Positions 1 to 14,400 of a DNA stretch of 64,000 bases are shown piece after piece. Every line of letters begins with the position of its first letter. Positions within the stretch are counted from its first letter, which is position 1. The notes beneath the pieces are model-generated. The model made no database searches and had not been told where the DNA came from. It saw only the letters and a program-made list of their open reading frames with translations. Both the position numbers and the translations under genes were made by a program. Source of the DNA: Macrostomum lignano (taxonomy: Eukaryota); contig NIVC01000040.1 of NCBI GenBank assembly GCA_002269645.1, forward strand, positions 620,001 through 684,000, in the 5' to 3' direction.

Positions 1-128
1 TGAGGGCAGTCCTACAGTCCGAGGCCTTACCTGACCGCCAGAGGGCGGCGCTGTTCCAGGCGGTGATCGAGACCGTCCTGTTGTACAACGCCGAGCCCTG
101 GACGCTGACGGAGTCGCTCGAGCAACAA
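1..128 (+). mobile_element. Fragment of an RTE-like non-LTR retrotransposon (RT C-terminal region)
   Basis: Translates to RAVLQSEALPDRQRAALFQAVIETVLLYNAEPWTLTESLEQQ, nearly the same as the minus-strand copy at about 33380-33480 (RAVLQSEALPDRQRARLWQAVVETVLLYNAE). LLYNAExWTL is typical of the RTE clade. Confidence 0.8.
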
Positions 129-921
129 GAATGAGTTAGGAGTCGACTGGCAGAGCCACACCCGGGTTCAAATTAATATGTTAAATAATCCAAATTTTCT
201 GACAAAATGTTAGTTTCGGATAGCGTTTCGAAAGTCCAATGAACCAGTTTTTGAGTGGTATTTTTATCGTATTCTATCTTAAACATTAAAGAAAAGCAAT
301 TGATTTGTGCCAAACTTGCACCAATAAAGATTAAAAAAAATTCAGGAATCGCTGATTAGTCTCCTGACTTCTGATTATAAAATTTCTTATGCTAAAAGGA
401 TTAAGATATTTGAGGAACAGGTTTTGCATAATGGTTACAATGGTCCGTCTGAAATAGAGAGATTCCAAGTTGACTACATAGCCCGTGTTAGGGTTAGGTT
501 TTGGACATGGCTTGAGAGCTACGAGACGCACCCCGAGGACCACGGGAAGACTTTACCAATGCTCAAGGCTGGATGCTGATATTTTAGACTATATAGCTGG
601 CTTTTGAGGAGCTGATGCTTTCTGCTTTGATTTCACGATTCACATAATTTGCGAGTACATAGCGTCATTATTCTATAATGTCCATTAATCCCCCGACTAA
701 ACCTTTGAAGAGAATTTGACGTCTGGCGCTACCGTGCAGATCAATCTGGGTATGCCATCAAACTGTGTACATCGACTTATGCAGAATAGCATATTAGGTC
801 GTATTAAGACGTCAAATTTAATTTTTATTCGGAAAAGTATATGCACTAATATTGCAGAGACTGACAGAATAGTTAAGACAAAGCCAATGCAAGTTATCGT
901 TGTTTCATCGTTCCTATAAGT

Positions 922-966
922 CATAGGTCGGCAAACTCCGGCCCGTGGGCCACATGTGGCCCGCAG
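922..966 (+). mobile_element. Possible hAT-type MITE terminus
   Basis: CATAGGTCGGCAAACTCCGGCCCGTGGGCCACATGTGGCCCG resembles the CAGGGGTCGGCAAACT..CGGCCCG.GGGCCA ends of Charlie-like hAT MITEs. No matching opposite end was found. Confidence 0.3.
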
Positions 967-2649
967 ATCTAGAGCATCCCTATCTGGCCCTCGGGTCCTT
1001 TGAAACTTCACAATAGCCATCCGACCCGCGATCTATGTTTATATCACTTCTTAGCACTCTTCTCTCTAATCTCCTCTCGTCTCTCTCCTCTTCTCTCCAC
1101 TCCTTTCATCTACTTTATTTATTTACTCGCCTCTCCCTCTTATCTCCCTTCTCTCTTCGCTATTCTCTCTCCTCTCTCTCCCCTTCTCCAGCCATTCAGC
1201 CATTCTCTAGGTTCTCTACTTGACCCTTGAAGTGAAACGCCGAATCCAGCTATAAGTGCTTTTTCTTAAAGGAATTTAATGAAGAGTAATTAGAATCATG
1301 CCATAAAAGTGCTAATTTGCCATATGTCGGTTGCATGTACGTCGTTACGTTGGCGAACGTTGATTGTTGTACAGCCTCGATGCAGCTCTCTCAGATCGGC
1401 GGGGCTTTGTCAGCGGCATGATGGCGGATGACCGTCCGTGCTTTTCAGAAAGTTCCGCTGTTGGCCTGAGCGCTCCAAATCCTACCCGTTCCAATAGCCT
1501 TGTACAGCAAAACCCTTAAGTGGCCGCTGCCGATGAGGTTTGCGGAGACTCGGCAATAGTCTGCAGAGCCAGCCCGGCTTAAGAACCTCCAACTGTTTGA
1601 CGAAGACTCGAAGCAGCTGCTGCACGTTGCAAGTAGTGGGCTGGAAGTACGCAGCTAGAGATGAAGATCGGATGAATGTCGCGGCTTGCTGCCTTCAGCA
1701 GTTCGCAATGTGGCGCAACAAAAGCAAAGTAAATGGCGATCTGGAATGAAGGACCAGTTCTGGCGTAACCACAAATCATTTACAAGGACGACTTAAGTCG
1801 TCCTTGATCATTTATTTAAACTCAAGCAAATTTGAGATGCATTTAAACATTTTAACAAAGGCACAACAAAAGCATTGTATCTATCTTGTAATGATGAATA
1901 ATGATAAGCTACTATAATCAAGTTGCACTCTTTTAAGTCTTGATAATTTTGTGGCTTTATTTTCATGTTTTTCTTGACAACAACGTTGACGCTCGGGTAG
2001 GGGGTAAGGCGGCCTGTGGTATGTAGGCCTATGTTGATGTTGATGCATAATTTACAATATGACAATAGGCCCTCGTCATTTGCGCGTTATTATTATCTTA
2101 TCTGTAGCACCCAACCAGAGGTTTTTAAATGCCAAGTATGACTTATTTTTAAACCTGTAATCGTAGCCGTAGGCAGCCTACCATTGGCATTTAGGCAATG
2201 GCCTAGCCTAGACAGGGCTGGCACCTGCCACCTGGTAGGTAGGGCTAAGCCTTAGCCACTTGTAGGGTAGGCGCAGGCCTAGCTAGGTAGTCAGAAGTCA
2301 GCTAGTGCTAGGCCTATTTTAACCTAATAGGCTTTTAAAAGGCCACTTTTTTAATAGATGGGCTTGTGCTGTGCTGTGTCCTGTGGCCTGTGATTGCTTA
2401 TTTTTATTTTATGCCCTTTAGATGCTGTCTATTATTAAAAAAGAAATAGGCCTAGGGTATAGGCCTAGGCATAGGCCCTATATTAAATGCAATTTAAAAA
2501 TAGAGTTGTTGCTACAAAAAAGTACATAGCCTATATTTCTTAGGCCCCTATAATTATTTACAAAGTTAAAAAGTATCTATAAATTTATAAATATTTTTAG
2601 GTTTATAGATTTGATATTTAATCCCTTTTACATTGAGCAATTTCTTAGC

Positions 2650-2950
2650 TAAGATGCATTTACCATCCCAGAAAAATTTCTGATTGAATGGTGCAAGTTT
2701 GAAGAAAATCGGTTGAGCCATTTTTTTCTGAAATCAATCGCATAGGCCTACCCATATACATACATACAGAGTCCAGACTCCAGACAACTCATTTTTACTA
2801 TATAGGATTTCTGATCGAATGGTGCAAGTTTGAAGAAAATTGGTTGAGCCATTTTTTCTGAAATCAATCGCATACCTATACATACATACATACATACATA
2901 CATACATACATACATACATACAGACAACTCATTTTTAGTATATAGGATTT
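2650..2950 (+). repeat. Tandem pair of ~140-bp units with (CATA)n, DINE-1/HINE (non-autonomous Helitron)-like
   Basis: Two copies of TTTCTGAT.GAATGGTGCAAGTTTGAAGAAAAT.GGTTGAGCCATTTTTT..CTGAAATCAATCGCATA, each followed by (CATA)n and ACAACTCATTTTTA.TATATAGGATTT. A related piece lies at about 61725-61790. The family assignment is by resemblance only. Confidence 0.45.
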
Positions 2951-4934
2951 ATAATATAAGCCCTAGCCTAATGAATTTGTGACAATTAGGCCTATGACTT
3001 GCTTATAATAGGCCTATTAATTTTGACCTAGTTGCCTTGGCTAGGCCTATATCATCTTTATTACATTAGGCCTATTCAAAAAGGAATTAGAAATACAAAC
3101 CTAGCCTACAACCAGTATAAGGGCTGTCTCAAAAATAATGTTAATTTTCACTGTCTCTTAGTCTTATTCTGATAATCCAAAAATACCATTTTGTATAATT
3201 TTATAATGGAAACTGTTTTTTATATTAGGCCTAACGCCTAACTTAAATATCCCTAAAATCAAACAAGGAAACAAAAGTTACAAACTAAAATATAGCAAGA
3301 GATTGACCATAGACCTATAGTAAGTTAAAAAGCTAGCAAAATTTTGAAATAGAAGCTGACTAAGGTAATTGGCTACAAAAAATATGTAAAATGACTTTAG
3401 TAAATGACTGCATTAGACTTAGGCTATGAGTTCATGAAAGTTGCGTATGAATCTTGGTTACACTATGCTTTGTCTTTTTAAAGGTATAAATTCTACTCCT
3501 CTGAGCAACATTTGAATATATATCCATGATTTTTGGCTTAGCAAAAAGAGGGAACAAAAAGCAATTGAAGCTGAAGCCCAATAAAAAATATTTTATTGCT
3601 TTAAAAGTTTTGTTTCTAAAAATTTTTCTATGTCTTTGTTTAAACAGCCTAACAAAAAAGTCTGAGTGCATTCAATCAAAAGTAATTTTGTTAATTTCCA
3701 CTAGCTTGTTAATTTATTGTAAGTTTATAGTTAAGCTTTTGTTTCCACTTTCGTTTCCATTGTTTGATTTTTAACATGGTAAATTAATATGAAGAAAAGA
3801 GTTGCCACTATAAAATTGTGCAAAATAATGTTTTTAGATCATCAGAATGAGAAATATAATGAAAAGTAACACTATTCCCTCAAGGACAGCCATTTTAAAA
3901 TGCAATATAAACCAGGATAATTTAAGACTAACTTTTGTAGATATTGTTATACTATTATCAAGAAGATGGTATAGCTTGCATTAGGAAAAAATACTAGAAA
4001 AAATTCTAAAAGGGCAATTTTTTGCTGCCTGATTTGTGCCACAAAAATAAAATTTTGCAATAAAATTTGAAATAAATAAACAATTACATAAAAATATATT
4101 GAATTTGCTTTCTTTTCTAAATATATTTAAATCTATCTAAAAACTAGATATTAAATCTGATGAATCCACTATTATGGGAAGTTTTATTTAGGGAGGCTTT
4201 TACATAAAGCATGCAGATAGAGATACTTGTATGGTTATAAGAATACATAGTTTTTATGTATAGTAGTCATCTAGTAATATTTGCCACTCAATAAACTAAG
4301 ACTTAAAGATTTTAAAGATCTTTAAAGCTCTTGATTTAATAGATAGAAAGGGGTAGATGAAATAGAAATCAATGGATATTGCCTGTTTAAAAGCAAGACT
4401 CTTTGGTCCCTTGGGTTGGGGACTCAAGGAACAGAGATCTTGTAGGGCATGTAGGGGCTGAAATTATCATAAGATAAATGAGATGCTATTAATGAGTGAT
4501 AGTGTAAAATATTGCTCCTTGTCACTTTTTATTTTCACCCCAATATTATAGTAAATGATAGCAGAACTGTTACCATTAGATTTGACATCATTAAAAACTT
4601 AAAAGTTAAAATAAATTTATAAGCTATCAATGTAGATATGGATAGGCAATGGCAAAAATCAGATATATGCTGGTACAAGCTATGGCAAAAAAATTAGGAT
4701 TTTATATCCAACCTCTATATGCATACTAGACTCCCAGACCAGATGCTGATTGTGTGTAAAAATGCCACTTATTCTAATGTGCCTATGCTAAATTTATTCA
4801 GATTAGATTGGACATGCTATAGATTAGAAAGCTTTAATTGCTTTAATTCCCAATTGGCAGCTGAATTTCCATAAATGCTCAGTATTATATAATAATTCAA
4901 TTAATGATATTTTCAACAAAATGCAACTGCAGCC

Positions 4935-6418
4935 ATGGCCAGTTTAAGCCGCCTGTTTTGGTCCAGCTGGTTCTGGCTGCCCAATGGCACTAGTTGGCAG
5001 GAATTTGCTAAATTGAAACAGCCCAGCGAGTACAGGCCGCGGCTGCAGGATCTATGGATTATGTTTCCATGCACCGTCGCTATTCATATTGTTCGCCTAG
5101 CAACCGAGCGCTTCCTGCTAAAGCCTATTGGCCGTTATTATGGTCTGCGCGAATTTGTCAGCCCGAAGTCGGCCCCGGGTCAAGCTAGCAAACTGCAGAA
5201 ATTTGCAGAGGCGTCTTGGCACGGCTGCTTCTATATAATGTCCAGTATCTATGGCGTTGCTGCGCTATGGGACAAGGCCTACCTGTGGGATACTAGACTG
5301 CTGTGGCGGGATTGGCCTCATCATGCTGTGCCCACAGAGATCTACTGGTACTACATGCTTGAGCTATGCTATTACTGGGCCGCTCTGTTTTATATTTCGT
5401 TTGAATCAAAAAAGAAAGACTTCTTTGAAATGGTGCTGCACCATGTGGTCACTATCTGGCTGCTGGTGTTCTCTTGGTCCGCTAATTTTGTACGCGTCGG
5501 CTCTCTTGTACTGCTGGTTCACGATGTGGTTGATCCGTTTCTGCAGGTGCGACTGACTTTCTATTAATATATCTGTATTGATCTAGTGTGTTGTGTTTAT
5601 TTCACAACGAACAAGCTCATCACAATCTCTATAATTTACAAGCTACCTCACAAGCTCACATTTTATAAACACTTAAAAATGTGAGCGACACTTTAAAAAT
5701 TGTGCACTTCACAGACTGTGCACTTCACAGACTGTGCACTTCAGAGACTGTGCACTTCACAAACTGGACTCTTCACAAACTGGACTCTTCACAAACTGGA
5801 CACTTCACAAACTGGACTCTTCACAAACTGTGCTCTTCACAAACTGGACACTTCACAAACTGTGCTCTTCACAAACTGGACACTTCACAATCTTATTTTA
5901 ATAAGTTTAAAGATTATTATTGGTTGATAAGTACATCCTAAATCTGTAAAGTACTAATTAACCCACTTAATTAACTTATCAACCTGTGCTCATCGAACTT
6001 GACATCGCTAAACCCGCAGGGTGCAAAGGTGTTCAAATACCTGGGCATGCAGAGCCTGTGCAACCTGTCTTTCACCCTGTTCACACTCGGCTGGCTACTC
6101 ACACGGCTGTCGGCCTATCCGCTAGTCATCTTGCGCAGCAGCCTTTGGCAGAGTGTAGAAGAACTAGGCATGTTCCCAGCTCACCTGCTATTCAATGGCG
6201 CCCTGATACTGCTGCAATGCCTGCACATTGTGTGGTTCTACTTCATTGTTAAAATTCTAATCCGTTCTCTGAGGGTCGGTAAAGTTGTGAACGATACTCG
6301 ATCGGATTCTGAGCAGTCTGATTGCTCCGATGACGAGTCACATTCGCCTGTTGCTAACGGCGCTCAGGCTGTTAGGCGTCGGCATAGAAACGGATTGGCA
6401 AAAAATTCTTCTACTTAA
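4935..6418 (+). CDS. CERS: Ceramide synthase (LASS/Lag1, TLC domain), CerS2-6-like N-terminus, no Hox domain. Exons 4935-5546 and 6020-6418, about 336 aa
   Basis: Lag1p motif KKDFFEMVLHHVVTIWLLVFSWSANFVRVGSLVLLVHDVVDPFLQ|GAKVF, N-terminal FWLPNGTSW glycosylation motif and acidic C-terminal SDSEQSDCSDDE. The phase-0 GT-AG intron joins the exons in frame. Confidence 0.93.
5700..5890. repeat. 16-bp minisatellite in the CerS intron
   Basis: TGTGCACTTCACAGAC / TGGACTCTTCACAAAC, about 11 copies. Confidence 0.9.
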
Positions 6419-6679
6419 CTATGCCCCTAAAAGTACTTTTGTATAAGAAAACGTACTTTTTAAGCTGAGATACTGATATCCTTTACCTGAAAAAATTGTT
6501 GGCTAGATAGCGTATTAGCTAGATAGTTTAATCCATTTAATATTTGCTTCACTTGTAGTTTGCAGCTTACATTTATGTATATATTATTGGCATATTAATA
6601 AATTCATGACAAATGATTTTTAGTATTTTTGCGGATTGCTATATACCATTCAAGAATGGGATTTTTCTGTAGGAATAAC

Positions 6680-6895
6680 TTTAGTGTGTACCCTCTTCCT
6701 GAGACTTCAGTGTCTACCCTCTCCCTGAACATTCAGTGTGTACCCTCTTCCTGAGACTTCAGTGTGTACCCTCTCCCTGAACATTCAGTGTGCACCCTCT
6801 CCCTGAGACTTCAGTGTGTACCCTCTCCCTGAGGCTTCAGTGTGTACCCTCTCCCTGAACATTCAGTGTTTACTTTCTCCTGAACATTCAGTGAG
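6680..6895. repeat. 26-bp minisatellite
   Basis: TTCAGTGTGTACCCTCTCCCTGAGAC/AACA, about 8 copies. Confidence 0.9.
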
Positions 6896-7399
6896 ATTGT
6901 AAATTAATTTTATTTCGCAAAAGCCACGGCAGAAACTCGGACTTGACTTTTTGATTTGATCTGCTTATTTTTTACCTATTGTTTACTATATTACAATCAT
7001 GATATGCTGTTGTAACTGTCTTGAGTACCTGTTCACTTGTCAATGCATTCGTTTAATTTGAACCGTTTTTGATTAGCCAATATTTGTTATATTATACTGT
7101 TGTAATTTATTTTAACCCGGCACAACTTTACTTATTTTCGATCAATTTATTATTTTTTTAATCTCTCTTTTCAAGGTGTCACGTCAGCTTTACTCTTGCA
7201 TGCTAATTAATTACTGTGTGCTTATATATTTGTTTGCTGCAAGTATTTGCCCTGCAGTTTATCATTTTTTATATTTCTGTGTCTACCACTTCCATTTTAT
7301 GATCCTCTCTGAGATGTAGAGGTTTGCCCTTTACTATTGACTAGAGACCAAGCGTCGTAGTTTATCAGAAGCAACAAGTGGTTATTAATTTAGCATTTT

Positions 7400-7550
7400 T
7401 GTATGCTCTACTTATAGTAGAAATAACAGAAAATTAGGCTAATAATAATAAACTTTAACTTAGTACTCTACTTATAGTAGAAATGACAGAAAATTATGCG
7501 TATAAAATTAATAATAAACTTTAACTTAGTACTCTACTTATAGTAGAAAT
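7400..7550. repeat. Short direct repeat, about 60-65 bp x 2.5
   Basis: TACTCTACTTATAGTAGAAAT..CAGAAAATTA...AATAATAAACTTTAACTTAG recurs. Confidence 0.75.
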
Positions 7551-8359
7551 ATGAGGAAACGCGATAAAAATTTGCAAACCTAAGCTGTACTAAATCGAGA
7601 CAATGCCTATTAGAATAATTTCTATATGTAATTTAGGCAGGTATTTCAGTGATATTAAAGGTCACGTGATCTTCAGGCCGCTGGAAAACCCCAGTTAAGG
7701 CTTAACTTTTATCTTTCTCACATTTTCAAACAGAAGCTATAAAAATAATGCGAGCGGAATCAGTTCTGTTGCTTTTTTACTTTCCCTGCTAATTTCTTTA
7801 TTCTACAGTCAGTTAATGTTAATAAAATGCTGATTTTGTCTGTTTTATAGCCTGAAGCACCAATTTGATCAGTTGAACTTTTTAAAAGTCTACTTAACAT
7901 TGCAGCTAAATAAGCGTAAAGCAGTTTTATCTATACTTATTTATTTGCATGAATATTTATATAAATATTTATTATTATATATATCCTATTTGATGTTTTG
8001 CTATACAATTTTGCACTTTTTGCACTTTCAGCTTCAGTTCTTTGCGCGTTCGCTATTTTTGCGATTTTCAAAAAAAATTAGTACCAGTTATCGCTTTTAG
8101 TCACGCTTCTAGAGTTGCTCCTGTAACTTCACTGTACAATTTATTTTTTACTATTAACCGAAACTTCACACTCCGGAGGCAAAATTGATATTGTGTCGGT
8201 TTTGTACCGAAAAAAAATAAATTATTTATCTATTGTCCTAATTGTTTCAGTTTAAATACTAATGTTCCGAACATACCTTGACAATGGCTTTATTAGTAGT
8301 TGTTTTAGTCTGTATCTTAATCGGCTATTGTTTGCGTTCAATTATTTGGGCTAAACTTT

Positions 8360-8565
8360 GCAGAAGCTGGTGCAGGTGTGGTGATGAAGCTGGTGCAGGT
8401 CGGGTGATGAAGCTGGCACAGATAGGGTGATGAAGCTGGTGCAGGTAGGGTGATGAAGCTGGTGCAGGTGTGGTGATGAAGCTGGTGCAGGTGTGGTGAT
8501 GAAGCTGGTGCATGTAGGGTGATGAAGCTGGTGCAGCTGTGGTAATGAAGCTGGCACAGATAGAT
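8360..8565. repeat. 22-bp minisatellite
   Basis: GGTGATGAAGCTGGTGCAGGTG(T), about 9 copies. Confidence 0.9.
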
Positions 8566-8716
8566 AAAACTTAGACAATGATACAAAGATTCTTAATATT
8601 TTTGTAAATATGTAGGCAGCAATAAAAATTAGTAAATTTAATACAGATAAGGAAGAACATTAAATTTAACAGTAAATATTGAAATAATGCAGACTCCTTT
8701 GCTTCCAGCTCAAAAT

Positions 8717-11402
8717 ATGGCTTTTATTGGCCGGTGCTTCAATTTTTTGATTTGGTTTCTGGTTTCTATCTACGTAATTGTGCCTCTGATCGTCTACTTG
8801 TATCCTGGAATCCTTACCAGCGTGGTATTCTTTAATTTGTGTAAGATTTTAGTTTGATACCACCATGAAAATCAGTTTGATCCCATCATGAGTATCAGTT
8901 TGATCCCATCATGAGTATTAGTTTGATCCCATCATGAGAATGAGTTTGATCCCATCATAAGAATGAGTTTGATCCCATCATGAGAATCAGTTTGATCCCA
9001 TCATGAGAATGAGTTTGATCCCATCATGAGTATCAGTTTGATCCCATCATGAGTATTAGTTTGATCCCATCATGAGAATGAGTTTGATCCCATCATAAGA
9101 ATGAGTTTGATCCCATCATGAGAATCAGTTTGATCCCATCATGAGAATGAGTTTGATCCCATCATGAGAATCAGTTTGATCCCATCATGAGAATGAGTTT
9201 GATCCCATCATGAGAATCAGTTTGATCCCATCATGAGTATCAGTTTAATCCCATCATGAGAATGAGTTTGATCCCATCATGAGAATCAGTTTGATCCCAT
9301 CATGAGTATCAGTTTGATCCCATCATGAGTATCAGTTTGATCCCATCATGAGTATCAGTTTAATCCCATCATGAGAATGAGTTTGATCCCATCATGAGAA
9401 TCAGTTTGATCCCATCATGAGTATCAGTTTGATCCCATCATGAGTATCAGTTTGATCCCATCATGAGAATGAGTTTGATCCCATCATGAGAATAAGTTTG
9501 ATCCCACTGTGAGAATCATTTGCGAATCATATTTACCTTTGACCCAAAGCCTCACTCTACTCCGCTCCTTGCAGACTATTGTCCGCACTTTTCGAGAAAC
9601 TTCTCAGACTTTAAGCACTACGGCCTTTCGCCAAACTCGACTCGGAATTTCTATTTGGCTAATTCTTTGGGTCACAAACTGGGCGTATGGCAGCTGGAGT
9701 CTGAGCCCTGCTCAACTCAGACCGAATTCGAAGCTAAGCTACTCGACGGCCGGCCAGTGCTGCTCTATTACCATGGCAACGCTTTGAATCGAGGCGGCCA
9801 CCATATGGTTGACTTGTACAAGCGCCTGCTTAAGGAGAATGATGTGCATATTTTGGCTTTGGATTATCGAGGTGTGTAGAGCCATTCAGGATGTGTCTGG
9901 CGCTATCTAGAATTTGTGTACCGACAAACTTAAAAACCAGACATTTAAAAAGTATTTCTAAATAACTAAAACATTTTAGCGGTTTCCCTTCTACCCAATC
10001 CAGGTTACGGTGACTCAGAAGGCCTTCTAGAAACTGAGATTGACGCAGTGGACGACGCTGAAGTGTTATTTAACTATGTCACAAAATCGGGAGTCAAGCG
10101 GCTGTACTTATGGGGCCATTCGTTAGGCACCGGGTGAGCGAGTGACGATCGATGCCCTTCATATAACACACCAATCCTTCCCCTGATAACACGCCCACCA
10201 CCTCGAAACACCCCCACCACCCCTCAAACACGCCCACCACCTCAAAACACGTCCACCGCCCTAAACACGCCCACCACCCCTTAAACACGCTCGCCACCAC
10301 CAAACCTGCTCACCTCCCCAATACACGCCCACCACCCCAAAATACGCCCACCCCTAAAACACGCCCACCCCTAAAACACCCCGACGGCCCCACCTCTAAA
10401 ACACACCAATCACCCCAAAACACGCCCACCACCCCAAAACACGCCAATCACTCGAAAACACGCCAATCACCCGAAAACACGCCAATCACCCCAAAACACG
10501 CCCACCACCCCAAAACACCCCCACCCCTAAAACACGCCGACGGCCCCAAAACACGCCTACCACCCCAAAACACCCCCACCCCTAAAACACGCCGACGGCC
10601 CCAAAACACGCCTACCACCCCAAAACACCCCCACCCCTAAAACACGCCGACGGCCCCAAAACACGCCTACCACCCCAAAACACCCCCACCCCTAAAACAC
10701 GCCGACGGCCCCAAAACACGCCTACCACCCCAAAACACCCCCACCCCTAAAACACGCCGACGGCCCCAAAACACGCCTACCACCCCAAAACACCCCCACC
10801 CCTAAAACACGCCGACGGCCCCAAAACACGCCCCACCACCCAGAAACACGTAATATTACCTCTAAACTGGCCCACTATTGCCACCACCTTAAAACAAGCT
10901 GCCCCGAAAATCCACTGCTTGTATGTACGTTCTGTACATGTTAGAAAGCGTACAATATGTTTGTCTTCAGTGTCGTGTCCCATCTGGCCAAACGCCTGTC
11001 TGACAGTGGCCGCTTAAACCCAATAGCTGGCCTGGTACTGGAGTCGCCATTCAATAACATTCGCGACGGTGTGCGTATGCATCATTTCAGCCTGGTGAGT
11101 GCCTTTTTGTAACAAAAATTATGAACAAGAATTTCGTATGTACGACAGTACACACCCAGATGATCGAGGATAGTAGCTATCCCCAAGACGGGTCTACGAA
11201 GTTTGCCTGCGGGACGTTTGCCAGCCGACGTTTGCCAGCGGGACGTTTGCCAGCCGACGTTTGCCAGCCGACGTTTGCCAGCCAAACATCTGCAGGCGGC
11301 AATTGGTTAAAGAAGTATGCCCTCTCTAGTCTCTAGGCTTACATGTACTTGCATTTGAAAACTGTGGACATAGCACTAATCTAATTCCACCTCGCTCCCT
11401 AC

Positions 11403-11495
<93 letters not shown>

Positions 11496-14400
11496 AGGTT
11501 ACTAACAAACTACTGTTCAGGCTTATTGAAGTTATTGCTCTTCTCTGCCTAAATAGGAAGGTAAAAATGCAAAATAGAAGTTTCCATAATCCATTGTCAC
11601 AGTTGATGTCTATGTATGCCATGGAATGGCCCTTTCCATCTCAGTGGCCAAACAAGCTAAGTGTTTACAAGCTAAATGGGAAAATACTGAGACATCCATG
11701 ATGGTATTGGCTTAGTCTCGCCTATATATGCTTAACTCAAAAGCCAAACTCTGCTTAATGGAGTTCGGCCATGACAGCGTGCAATTGACAAGCTACATTG
11801 GAATTAATTCGCTTACGTTTGGATCTCCCAATGAACTGGGAAATATATAAGCCAGAGTTATCGTTCAACTTTATAATATTTTCACATTCAAAGAAATTGT
11901 TGTTAAACTAGATGCTAGATTAGTGAACTGCATAATTTGTGTAGCTTTTGTTTTCGAACTTTTATACATGCGAATAACCGTCAAAAAGTTGGACTAAAAA
12001 ACCGCTAAACTGCGAATATTTCAGTATCAAATTTTTCACTCACTGACTTAATGTTGGCTGGCAAACGTCGGCAGGCAAACGTCAGCTGGCAAACGTCGCG
12101 CAGGCAAACGTCGCGCAGGCAAACGTCGCTATCCCCCAAGACGTCAGGATCACGAACATGTGGGTGACCTATCCTAGGCTGTCCTTCCATCTTGAAGCTA
12201 GTAGTATTCATGGATAAATTCGCTGAGATTCAGTAGATAGATTCACTGAAATTCAGTAGATAGATTCACTGAGATTCAGTAGATAGATTCAGTGAGATTC
12301 AGTAGATAGATTCAGTGAGATTCAGTAGATAGATTCACTGAGATTCAGTAGATAGATTCACTGAGATTCAGTAGATAGATTCACTGAGATTCAGTAGATA
12401 GATTCAGTGAGATTCAGTAGATAGATTCACTGAGATTCAGTAGATAGATTCACTGAGATTCAGTAGATAGATTCACTGAGATTCAGTAGATAGATTCACT
12501 GAGATTCAGTAGATAGATTCACTGAGATTCAGTAGATGGATTCACTGAGATTCCGTAGATAGATTCACTGAGATTCAGTAGATAGATTCACTGAGATTCA
12601 GTAGATAGATTCACTGAAATTCAGTAGATAGATTCACTGAGATTCAGTAGATAGATTCACTGAGATTCAGTAGATAGATTCACTGAGATTCAGTAGATAG
12701 ATTCACTGAGATTCAGTAGATAGATTCACTGAGATTCAGTAGATAGATTCACTGAGATTCAGTAGATAGATTCAGTGAGATTCAGTAGATAGATTCAGTG
12801 AGATTCAGTAGATAGATTCACTGAGATTCAGTAGATAGATTCAGTGAGATTCAGTAGATAGATTCAGTGAGATTCCGTAGATAGATTCACTGAGATTCAG
12901 TAGATAGATTCAGTGAGATTCAGTAGATAGATTCACTGAGATTCAGTAGATAGATTCACTGAGATTCAGTAGATAGATTCACTGAGATTCAGTAGATAGA
13001 TTCACTGAGATTCAGTAGATAGATTCACTGAGATTCAGTAGATAGATTCACTGAGATTCAGTAGATGGATTCACTGAGATTCCGTAGATAGATTCACTGA
13101 GATTCAGTAGATAGATTCACTGAGATTCAGTAGATAGATTCACTGAAATTCAGTAGATAGATTCACTGAGATTCAGTAGATAGATTCACTGAGATTCAGT
13201 AGATAGATTCACTGAGATTCAGTAGATAGATTCACTGAGATTCAGTAGATAGATTCAGTGAGATTCAGTAGATAGATTCACTGAGATTCAGTAGATAGAT
13301 TCAGTGAGATTCCGTAGATAGATTCACTGAGATTCAGTAGATAGATTCACTGAGATTCAGTAGATAGATTCACTGAGATTCAGTAGATAGATTCAGTGAG
13401 TTTCCGTAGATAGATTCACTGAGATTCAGTAGATAGATTCACTGAGATTCAGTAGATAGATTCACTGAGATGCAGATAGATTCAGTGAGATTCAGTAGAT
13501 AAATTCAGTGAGATTCAGTAGATAGATTCACTGAGATTCAGTAGATAAATTCAGTGAGATGCAGATAGATTCAGTGAGATTCCGTAGATATATTCAGTGA
13601 GATTCAGTAGATAGATTCAGTGAGATTCAGTAGATAGATTCAGTGAGATTCAGTAGATAGATACAGTGAGATTCAGTAGATAGATTCAGTGCGATTCCGT
13701 AGATATATTCAGTGAGATTCAGTAGATAGATTCAGTGAGATTCAGTAGATAGATTCAGTGCGATTCTGTAGATAGATTCAGTGAGATTCAGTAGATAGAT
13801 TCAGTGCGATTCCGTAGATAGATTCAGTGAGATTCAGTAGATAGATTCAGTGAGATTCAGTAGATAGATTCAGTGAGATTCAGTAGATAGATTCAGTGAG
13901 ATTCAGTAGATAGATTCAGTGAGATTCAGTAGATAGATTCAGTGAGATTCAGTAGATAGATTCAGTGCGATTCCGTAGATAGATTCAGTGAGATTCAGTA
14001 GATATATTCAGTGAGATTCAGTAGATAGATTCAGTGCGATTCTGTAGATAGATTCAGTGAGATTCAGTAGATAGATTCAGTGCGATTCCGTAGATAGATT
14101 CAGTGAGATTCAGTAGATATATTCAGTGAGATTCAGTAGATAGATTCAGTGCGATTCCGTAGATAGATTCACTGAGATTCAGTAGATAGATTCAGTGAGA
14201 TTCAGTAGATAGATTCAGTGAGATTCAGTAGATAGATTCACTGAGATTCAGTAGATAGATTCAGGGAGGTTCAGTGAGATCCTTGAGATTTACTGACGTT
14301 CAGTGAGATTCAATGAGAGTTAGTGAGATTCAGTGGGGCTGAGTGAGATTCAGTTGGGCTGAGTGAGATTCAGTGGGGCTGAGTGAGATTCAGTTGGGCT

